Origin: a virus
Lineage: Duplodnaviria > Caudoviricetes
Strand: one strand, 5' to 3'
Virus record (IMG/VR): IMGVR_UViG_3300013006_001903
Coordinates: 1-52,582 of that record
Length of the DNA stretch: 52,582 nt
Every line of letters starts with the position of its first letter. The stretch's first letter is position 1. The position numbers were made by a program, and so were the translations under genes. Positions 45,678 through 52,582 of the stretch are shown here, piece by piece. The notes below the pieces were generated by a model. That model ran no database searches. It saw only the letters and a program-made list of their open reading frames with translations, and was not told the DNA's origin.

Positions 45678-46499
45678 TTAGGACCATCTACCAAATTCTG
45701 GATACCAATTTTCTTGTGGAGCGGGAGCCACAAAAGGAGTATGTGCAGGAGGCTCAGTGTATTCCGCGTGAGTTTTGACCCATTTTCCGTTTTGACGCAT
45801 TACCACTTCGAAATCAGTCATCGGCCAGACCAGTCCCTTGTGCATCAATGCCCGTTGCATCAAATGTTCTGGATTCCATGGAGTACCGGTTTGAAATGCC
45901 CAATCAAAGTCATCTACAGCATCACAGTAGGTGGTAATAGCATCACTGGTTCCTATAGCATATACATCACTAAATTGCGGATGATTGGCTCTTCGTTCAT
46001 TTTTAGGAATAAGGATAGCATTAGGATGTGCTGTTAATGCTCGACCGATCATTCTTAAATTTAATGCGTGACTGAGGCTTAGGTCTGGCCTACTTCGTAT
46101 AACCAAATCATACTTGCCCTCAACAGCTTCTCGATTGACTCGCAATTGATTGCACATTTTCAAACTTTGAAATTGATGCCAGCAGCCTAGAGATGTAAGT
46201 ATGTAAAAAGGAGGATAATCTCGAGGCATAGGTGGAACATCGGCAGCATTTATGATAGAGCAATCAGCAATACTGTGTCTGTTATCGCATATGCTAAGTA
46301 GCTTTTCTTCTAAATATTGCTTGGCCTCTTGAGCTGTTTGAGCCGTCCAACTGGGTGGTATTCTTCGATCATCCGAGCTGCGTCGATCCCATGCAGATAC
46401 AAACCAATCAATTTTATCAAATTCTTGATAATTTTCAATTTGTTTGTCAAAGTCTTGGCAGAATCGAAATTCGCCGCTAATTAGTATGGCCACTTTCAT
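45678..46499 (-). CDS. Hypothetical glycosyltransferase-like protein
   Basis: MKVAILISGEFR, YDLVIRSRPD, SDVYAIG, NPE. Confidence 0.55.
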   Translation of the reverse strand: MKVAILISGEFRFCQDFDKQIENYQEFDKIDWFVSAWDRRSSDDRRIPPSWTAQTAQEAKQYLEEKLLSICDNRHSIADCSIINAADVPPMPRDYPPFYILTSLGCWHQFQSLKMCNQLRVNREAVEGKYDLVIRSRPDLSLSHALNLRMIGRALTAHPNAILIPKNERRANHPQFSDVYAIGTSDAITTYCDAVDDFDWAFQTGTPWNPEHLMQRALMHKGLVWPMTDFEVVMRQNGKWVKTHAEYTEPPAHTPFVAPAPQENWYPEFGRWS

Positions 46500-46583
46500 T
46501 GGTAAATTCCTGGTTGAATTATTTAACTGTCTATGTTACAATGGTTAAATATTATAGCATACTTTAACTAAAACACAATACCT

Positions 46584-47315
46584 ATGAAAACACTTTTATT
46601 TTGTACATCATACTCAAACGATATGGATAGATGGAACGGGCTCTTTGGCAGATGGATTACTGCCATTGAAAACAGTAATTTAGAAATAGATCAAATTTTA
46701 TTGATCGACGACGGTAGCAGTATTCTTCCTAATTGGGACGGAATTGAAATTGTCAATGAAGGAGAACTCCCTGATCAGGTTCCGGAAAGTAGAGGAGTCA
46801 TTTATCATTTTAACAAAAACTTAGGGCATAACCCACCGATGAAACCAGGCGATCCTGCTATTGACAGTCCAGGTTGGCATCGAAGTTTTATGTTTGCTGC
46901 TGAATGGGCGGAAAAATATGGTTTTGAAAAAATTCTTCATATTGAATCAGATGCCTTTTTAATCTCAGAAAGAATCCAGCAGTACGTAAATGACCTTTCA
47001 TCTGGTTGGACAACCTTTTGGTGTCCTCGACACAAGTTCCCTGAAAACAATATTCAAATCATAGCTGGATCTAGTGTTCAAGATTTTATTGATTGGAAAA
47101 ATAAAAAAGAAGATTATAATACAGTGTACAAAGGCACATACCCTGAATTCTATGTTCCCTATACCAACATAGTTAAAGACTTCTTTGGAGATCGATGGGG
47201 TGAATTTGCTCCTGGTATGGCCGCAGTACCTGATCCAAATTGCCAACCTGGTGTACCTCTAGATGCAGACTTTGTGTGTCAAGTAAGAGCAGAAAGCCCT
47301 TGTTGGTGGGTATAA
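46584..47315 (+). CDS. Hypothetical glycosyltransferase-like (GT-A) protein
   Basis: LLIDDGS, NLGH, HIESD. Confidence 0.55.
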   Translation: MKTLLFCTSYSNDMDRWNGLFGRWITAIENSNLEIDQILLIDDGSSILPNWDGIEIVNEGELPDQVPESRGVIYHFNKNLGHNPPMKPGDPAIDSPGWHRSFMFAAEWAEKYGFEKILHIESDAFLISERIQQYVNDLSSGWTTFWCPRHKFPENNIQIIAGSSVQDFIDWKNKKEDYNTVYKGTYPEFYVPYTNIVKDFFGDRWGEFAPGMAAVPDPNCQPGVPLDADFVCQVRAESPCWWV

Positions 47316-47378
47316 CAGTAATATCTACACCATAGTAATTCCTGTTGGCACTTATAAATAGTGTTAACAGGGGGTACT

Positions 47379-47660
47379 ATGGAGTCTGATTTTTTTAAAT
47401 TAATCGCCGAGTTAGGATTTCCTATCGCGGCTGCCTGTGCCTCAGGATACTTTGTTTTCCTTACTATCAAGTTTATTCTAGCTGGTGTAACCAGTAGTGT
47501 CAATGGTATGAACAGTATTGTTCGTGGGCTTGATGCTAGAATTGATACCATGACTGATGAATTGCAACGACTAGATGTTAAAATTAGTCTAGCAATCGGA
47601 GTTGACCCGGACTACGAACGTGTGGCCAGAGCCGAGCTTAAAGATCATAGGAAAGATTAG
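47379..47660 (+). CDS. Small membrane protein with coiled coil
   Basis: ELGFPIAAA TM segment followed by heptads; TATAAATA at 47353-47360. Confidence 0.6.
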   Translation: MESDFFKLIAELGFPIAAACASGYFVFLTIKFILAGVTSSVNGMNSIVRGLDARIDTMTDELQRLDVKISLAIGVDPDYERVARAELKDHRKD

Positions 47661-47661
47661 C

Positions 47662-47958
47662 ATGGAAAATATTATAGAAATGGTCAACAGATTTGGGTTT
47701 CCTATCGTAGCAGCAGTAGGCCTCAGTGGCATGACTTACTATGTATGGTCCTGGGTAACAAAAGAAATCAAGCCTGTACTCAGTGAAGCCAATACTACAC
47801 TGGTTGCACTAATTGATCGCATTCGCATGTTGGATAATGATCTCATCCGGCTGGATCAAAAGGTACATACTGTATTACAATTACGTAGAATAGTATTAGA
47901 ATTAGAGAGAACTGATGCATACGAACAAATTAATCAAAAAGGTGAAAACAAAGAATGA
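47662..47958 (+). CDS. Small membrane protein with coiled coil (paralogous to previous)
   Basis: RFGFPIVAA TM segment; RIRMLDNDLIRLD. Confidence 0.6.
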   Translation: MENIIEMVNRFGFPIVAAVGLSGMTYYVWSWVTKEIKPVLSEANTTLVALIDRIRMLDNDLIRLDQKVHTVLQLRRIVLELERTDAYEQINQKGENKE

Positions 47959-48308
47959 AAAAAATTATATTTGTTGCAATATTAATCACTTTAACTGGAT
48001 GTAGTACCGTACAAAAGTATTGGCCTAGAGATCATGACCCAGTAGCATTTCAATTATTGGTAAATGTTGACATTGCTGTGGAACGAATTGACTGTGAGCA
48101 TCCAGACTGGGCAGTTACAGTGCAAACAACAGAACAGTTGGCAAAAAATGCCAAGTGGCGTGAAGATCCGCAAGCAGAAAATCTCAAAGGACTGCATCAA
48201 CATGCAGTAAAAATGAGTTCAAGCGGCAACAAAACCTTTTGCGAGTTTGGTAAAAAGACCGCACAACAGAGAATCAACGCTGTTAAATCAGCATGGGCAG
48301 GGAGATAA
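47955..48308 (+). CDS. Lipoprotein
   Basis: MKK, hydrophobic core and LTGC lipobox. Confidence 0.75.
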   Translation: MKKIIFVAILITLTGCSTVQKYWPRDHDPVAFQLLVNVDIAVERIDCEHPDWAVTVQTTEQLAKNAKWREDPQAENLKGLHQHAVKMSSSGNKTFCEFGKKTAQQRINAVKSAWAGR

Positions 48309-48310
48309 AA

Positions 48311-48499
48311 ATGCATCCACTAGAACAAGAAATTCATAACATTGAAACAGCGTATCGTGCAGGGCAGCTCAGTCTTGACGAACGCAACTATTTACTGAGC
48401 GAAATCAGAGATATTCGAGCCGCTCAAGAATGTGCAGGTAATGAAGAATTATTCAGATACATTGTACAGGCCTGTAATGCAATTGCTGCTGTGGCTTAA
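48311..48499 (+). CDS. Small hypothetical protein
   Basis: GGAG SD; 62 aa. Confidence 0.55.
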   Translation: MHPLEQEIHNIETAYRAGQLSLDERNYLLSEIRDIRAAQECAGNEELFRYIVQACNAIAAVA

Positions 48500-48511
48500 T
48501 TATTAAGTCGT

Positions 48512-48925
48512 TTACGAGGCCAACTTAATTAGTTGGCGATTAGACTGCCACCAGGGATTAACCCCTTTTGGTATTGAGGCAGGATCAATAATATCATTTA
48601 CTTCGTCGCCATCTCTTAGGGCATGAATACAGTAACATACTGTGTTATCTTCAGTGGATGTAAAATTGTGTACATGATCTTTTTCAATATATATCATGCT
48701 AGGAGCGGTGTAATGAGTCACCTGCCCGTTGACATCAACATCCACACTGCCCGCAGCCAATAAAGTTGTGTGATCGTGCCTATGGAGGTGTGCAACATTT
48801 TTGCATCCTTTTTTTGGATAGTTGATCTGTTTGATATAGACATTAGCTACACAAGTAATTGTAACAATTGTAGTATCTTCTGCGTCACGATCTTTTTGAT
48901 TTTTAGCAATTGTAAAAACTTCCAT
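48512..48925 (-). CDS. Cupin-domain protein
   Basis: HLHRHDHTTLLA.GSV, YIEKDHVH, YCIHALR. Confidence 0.7.
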   Translation of the reverse strand: MEVFTIAKNQKDRDAEDTTIVTITCVANVYIKQINYPKKGCKNVAHLHRHDHTTLLAAGSVDVDVNGQVTHYTAPSMIYIEKDHVHNFTSTEDNTVCYCIHALRDGDEVNDIIDPASIPKGVNPWWQSNRQLIKLAS

Positions 48926-48958
48926 GTTACGGTCCCCTATTATATCTATATTTAATAG

Positions 48959-48980
48959 GAAAGGGCCCAAAGGCCCTTTC
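48959..48980. terminator. Hairpin terminator after the porin gene
   Basis: GAAAGGGCC-N4-GGCCCTTTC perfect 9-bp stem. Confidence 0.65.
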
Positions 48981-48996
48981 ACCATTCTAATGGTTG

Positions 48997-49551
48997 TTAG
49001 AATGATCTAGTATAAGCAAAGTTAACGCTATGATTGAAACTGTCACCACGAACTTGGTCATAACGAACACCAACACTATCCTTCTTGGTTACAGCATAGC
49101 TAACACCAGCACGGGCAGTATGAGTAGTGTCAAGATTACCATTGTCACCAAATCCATTGCGGAAACGATAACCTACTTTACCACTTAGTTTGTTGGTAAA
49201 ATTGTATACAACGCCTGGCTCAACACTGTAGTACGCAAAGTTAGCACCATTGGTGAATTTCTCACCAACTGCTACACGAGTATATGCACTTACTGGCCCA
49301 ACTGGACGAGTACCAGTAATACCAGCTTCGAGCCTGTCGCTCAATGCTTTAGTACCATCTTGTTGATAAGCAGTAAAACCAACGTCAGCAGTAAAAGTTT
49401 TGTTGATTGACTCTTTTACGCTGAGTTCATAGTTTGTGCTGTCACGAGCACCACGTTCGCCTGTTTGAACTTGGCCTTCGATGGTTACGCTAGCAGCACT
49501 AGCTAGTCCAGTAACAGCCACGAGTGCTGCGGTAACTAAAACTTTCTTCAT
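48997..49551 (-). CDS. Outer-membrane beta-barrel protein/porin
   Basis: Sec signal peptide, alternating beta-strands, C-terminal YTRSF BAM signal; AAGGAG SD. Confidence 0.8.
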   Translation of the reverse strand: MKKVLVTAALVAVTGLASAASVTIEGQVQTGERGARDSTNYELSVKESINKTFTADVGFTAYQQDGTKALSDRLEAGITGTRPVGPVSAYTRVAVGEKFTNGANFAYYSVEPGVVYNFTNKLSGKVGYRFRNGFGDNGNLDTTHTARAGVSYAVTKKDSVGVRYDQVRGDSFNHSVNFAYTRSF

Positions 49552-49580
49552 ATGATTATCTCCTTTTAAAAGTCTTACAT

Positions 49581-49609
49581 ATTATATATGCATATTATTA
49601 TAAGGTCAA
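49581..49609 (-). promoter_or_regulatory. sigma70 promoter for the porin
   Basis: TTGACC-17-TATAAT. Confidence 0.75.
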
Positions 49610-49660
49610 TAGATTTTTTTACCAACAATAAAATCTATAAATATTACAAAAGGATTATAT

Positions 49661-50287
49661 ATGACCGAAATTGCTATACCTTCTATTAGAGAAACACTAC
49701 GCATCCAACGTTGGGACGATCATAGATATTATCATCACAGTAGAATCAACCAATTCCTACATTTGATTTCGGCTACTAGTTTCCTAGTAGCGTATGTGTA
49801 CTTGTTCATCAACCCTGTGATCAGTTCTTACATTGCTTGGTTCATTGCCATGACCACACGCCAAATTGGGCATTTCTTTTTTGAACCTGATGGGTATGAT
49901 GAATACAATAAGGCCACATTTGAATATAAAGAAAAAATCAAAGTAGGTTTCAATTTGAAACGTAAGCGGGTGTTGCTGGCATGTTGGGCAGCAGTTCCTA
50001 TTTTAGCGTATTTCGATGCCGAACTTTTTAACTTTATCATGCCCGATGCTAGCCCAGATACACTGTTTAATCGTATTGGGTGGGGCTGGCTATGGTTGGG
50101 CGTAGCAGGTGTGGTGTTTAGAATGATTCAGCTTACTGCTATTGAAAGTCGCCGCACCGCTATTACTTGGTGTATTAAAATTGTTACAGATCCATTTCAC
50201 GACGTGATTATCTATCGTAACAGTTGGTTATATTTGTTGCGGGGCCAGTTAATTGACCCCGACTTAAGACAAGACTACGAAGACTGA
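49661..50287 (+). CDS. Mpo1/DUF962-like His-rich membrane protein
   Basis: DHRYYHHSRINQFLH, RQIGHFFFE, DPFHD; TATAAATA at 49636-49643. Confidence 0.6.
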   Translation: MTEIAIPSIRETLRIQRWDDHRYYHHSRINQFLHLISATSFLVAYVYLFINPVISSYIAWFIAMTTRQIGHFFFEPDGYDEYNKATFEYKEKIKVGFNLKRKRVLLACWAAVPILAYFDAELFNFIMPDASPDTLFNRIGWGWLWLGVAGVVFRMIQLTAIESRRTAITWCIKIVTDPFHDVIIYRNSWLYLLRGQLIDPDLRQDYED

Positions 50288-51054
50288 TTGTCTGTAACCT
50301 TAGGTGCCGGTGGTTTTCTTTTTCTAACCGGCTTCTTTGCTGGCAATTGTTTAACTGGTTTGTTTGGTGCAATAGTTTCTTTCGAATGTTGAATAAAAAT
50401 CATCAACATCAGTAAAGCAAGATTAATGACAATGATTAAAATCCAAGCAATAGTCATGGATTTTTTATAGGCATTGTCTAATCGATTATGCACCGCATTA
50501 TAAAACTCATTTGCAGTATTCATAACCAATGATTTATGTTTTTGATAATCTTCGCCAAACATGGCCATTTCTGCTTGAACTGCTAGAATTCCCAGCCGTT
50601 CAGCATGTGCTTCTGGTTCTTTTTCGGCCTTATAATCTTCAATGTACTTGAATGCTTTTATTTCAAGTTTGGCCAATTCATTGCTGAGTTGTTCTGATTT
50701 AAGTATTAAATCCAATTCAGGCTGTTCAAACCCAACTGACTTTACTTTCTCTTTGAATGATTTTTGCAGTCCATCTTCATTGGCAATTTCACCATTGCGA
50801 ATTTGTAGAACTTTTTCAAATTCAGTTTTCCATTTGTCATTTTTTGTTGTTACATAATATCTAGCGTAGGCAGTGAGGTCATCGGAACTTTTAGACATTT
50901 CCTTTGCAACTTTTCTTGCATTGTCTAGTTGTGCAAGTTGGGATTCGGCGGTTTTAAATACTGTGAGCAATGCTAGAGAAGAAGCAAAAATTAGCCCACC
51001 TAAAATAAAAGGTAATTTTTTATATTCAAACACTCGATTTAGTAATGCGATCAT
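50275..51054 (-). CDS. TM-periplasmic sensor-TM protein without a signalling domain
   Basis: SSDDLTAYARYYV...IRNG...SNELAKLE..AF resembles chemoreceptor/GGDEF ligand-binding domains; ends in a Lys/Pro tail. Confidence 0.55.
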   Translation of the reverse strand: MIALLNRVFEYKKLPFILGGLIFASSLALLTVFKTAESQLAQLDNARKVAKEMSKSSDDLTAYARYYVTTKNDKWKTEFEKVLQIRNGEIANEDGLQKSFKEKVKSVGFEQPELDLILKSEQLSNELAKLEIKAFKYIEDYKAEKEPEAHAERLGILAVQAEMAMFGEDYQKHKSLVMNTANEFYNAVHNRLDNAYKKSMTIAWILIIVINLALLMLMIFIQHSKETIAPNKPVKQLPAKKPVRKRKPPAPKVTDNQSS

Positions 51055-51227
51055 GTGACTGACTTCCATAGAAAAGAAAATATCTGTTTGACTTCAGCTT
51101 GATAATTAGTTAACAATATCAACAGAATACCTAGACCTGCAGTATGTGCTTTTTTATCAGTCTGGGGAGGAGGTGGCGGCGGAGTCTCGGATACATGGGT
51201 ACGTCGATGAGTATGTCTAGTTGGCAT
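51051..51227 (-). CDS. 58-aa membrane peptide (missed by ORF track)
   Basis: MPTRHTHRR...PPPPPP...GLGILLILL...; AGGA SD; ATGA overlap with the next gene; TATAAATA at 51280-51273. Confidence 0.6.
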   Translation of the reverse strand: MPTRHTHRRTHVSETPPPPPPQTDKKAHTAGLGILLILLTNYQAEVKQIFSFLWKSVT

Positions 51228-51280
51228 ATATTGATAGTCCTAATAATACAAAGCTCCTATTATTTACAAGGATATTTATA

Positions 51281-52279
51281 TTACTTATCTACAAGGTTAT
51301 CTCTAAAGATACGCCAGCATTCTGCCCATGACCAACGTAGACTGGCTTCTTCTACACGCACACGATCCAATCTCAAGCATTGGTCTATGGCGACTTTCAA
51401 GTCTTCATCCATATAACCGGTAATACCTTGGTCAATAACATCTCGAGGCCCAGTCACAGGATATGCTGCTACAGGTGTACCACAGGCCATGGCTTCGATC
51501 ATTACAATACCAAATGTATCCCAACAACTGGGAAACACAAAAACATCAGCATCGGCGTAATACTTGGCCAATTCTGCTCCACGCTTTATGCCAACAAATT
51601 CAACATCTGGATATTCACGCTCCATGCGACGGCGACATGGCCCATCACCCACTACTATTTTGGTAGCACCCGGGTATTCTAATCTACAAAACACATCCAA
51701 ATTCTTTTCTTTGCTGACACGCCCTACACTCAACAATATAGGCTGTGACAGTTCTGTGGCGGTTCTACTACTGCTGCCAAATACTGTGCGATCTACACCG
51801 CGAGTCCATGGTTTAATATCAGTTCTAAATCCACGGCTGGCCAAATCATCTACTATGCTTTGTGTTGTAGTTAGTACACGACCACTGTGTTTATGGAACC
51901 AACGTAGATAACGATAACTCCAATCTGTGGGTATCCCTGCGATTTTGTTTATGGCTTCAGGGAAACGAGTATGGTACGATGTATTGTAACACCACCCCCA
52001 ATAATCCATCCAGCAACGAGCAGCAAAGCCTACTGGACCTTCTGTGGCAATGTGTATGTGGTCGGGGTTTACTTTTTCAATAATCCTGCCAATGCCCCAC
52101 GTCCAACTAAGTTTGATTTCACTATAGCCAGGACAGGGAATATTAACAAACTGCCGGGGATCAAGATAAACAAAATCATACCCATCACGCTCAGCAAGGA
52201 CTTCCAAGTTGTGAAATGTTGTAACAACGCCATTGACTTGTGCAGGTTCATTATCGGTTATTATCAGTACTGTCTTCAT
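51281..52279 (-). CDS. GT4 glycosyltransferase, Agt-like glycolipid synthase
   Basis: ITD..PAQVNGVV, IHIATEGPVG, TSYHTRFPE, VGRVSKEKN, DTFGIVMIEAMACGTPV. Confidence 0.85.
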   Translation of the reverse strand: MKTVLIITDNEPAQVNGVVTTFHNLEVLAERDGYDFVYLDPRQFVNIPCPGYSEIKLSWTWGIGRIIEKVNPDHIHIATEGPVGFAARCWMDYWGWCYNTSYHTRFPEAINKIAGIPTDWSYRYLRWFHKHSGRVLTTTQSIVDDLASRGFRTDIKPWTRGVDRTVFGSSSRTATELSQPILLSVGRVSKEKNLDVFCRLEYPGATKIVVGDGPCRRRMEREYPDVEFVGIKRGAELAKYYADADVFVFPSCWDTFGIVMIEAMACGTPVAAYPVTGPRDVIDQGITGYMDEDLKVAIDQCLRLDRVRVEEASLRWSWAECWRIFRDNLVDK

Positions 52280-52582
52280 TTCCACGCACCTCTGACCAAG
52301 TTATAATTTCCCATCGCCCGTCCCAGTGTTCTACCAATGCTGTGCAACTTTCGCACCAATCACCGTCATTCATATAGGTAACACCTTCAACTTCTTTGAT
52401 TTCGGCCTTGTGAATATGGCCACAGATTACTCCATCGTAGCCTTTCTTTTTGCAATAACTGGCTAGATTTTGCTCAAACTGAAACATAAAGTCTACCGCT
52501 TTTTTGACACGGTGCTTAAGGTACAGGCTAAGGCTCCAGTAGCCAAAACCAAAACGGTGACGAATCCAATTGAATTTAGTAT
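52251..52582 (-). CDS. LpxH2/PlcP-like metallophosphoesterase (3' part)
   Basis: Frame is open to the window end: GFGYWSLS..LK.RVKKAV, GVICGHIH, YMNDGDWCES. Confidence 0.85.
   Translation of the reverse strand, partial: TKFNWIRHRFGFGYWSLSLYLKHRVKKAVDFMFQFEQNLASYCKKKGYDGVICGHIHKAEIKEVEGVTYMNDGDWCESCTALVEHWDGRWEIITWSEVRGNEDSTDNNR

Noticed and set aside
45639-46037. 132-aa plus-strand ORF and similar nested or antisense ORFs (e.g. 10878, 40938, 51564)
   Set aside because: They overlap well-supported genes on the opposite strand and lack motifs or SD.

Overview
AT-rich, gene-dense 52.6 kb segment, almost all on the minus strand. It most likely comes from a large T4-like (myovirus-type) phage genome. 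Evidence: TATAAATA late-promoter boxes, consensus sigma70 promoters, a CCA-encoding tRNA array, folE, rpoZ and ppiC homologues, and no housekeeping operons. No virion or replication gene lies in the window, so phage origin is an inference. Main blocks: (1) 0.5-16.5 kb, an ACP-dependent lipid/natural-product cluster with ELEVEN His-box membrane desaturases, ACP, AcpS, a FabF/B-type ketosynthase, a Rieske oxygenase, an ATP-grasp ligase, a PLP enzyme, a PP-loop enzyme and GNAT-like proteins, next to rubrerythrin and rubredoxin. This is the main candidate novel system. (2) 16.5-28 kb, small Fe(II)/2OG-type oxygenase cassettes, a B12 radical SAM and a methyltransferase. Some are bounded by direct repeats that are leftover gene 3' ends. 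(3) 22.8-29.6 kb, a tRNA array with 10 canonical tRNAs, an atypical long-arm UAU tRNA, a tRNA-like RNA, two CCA-ended non-tRNA RNAs and a half tRNA fused to a speD-like gene. (4) 29.6-47.3 kb, a nucleotide-sugar and glycosyltransferase cluster that may make a branched 3,6-dideoxy sugar. (5) 47.3-52.6 kb, membrane genes including a porin, a truncated sensor and a PlcP/Agt-like lipid-remodelling pair. All calls rest on motif reading only; no database searches were run.
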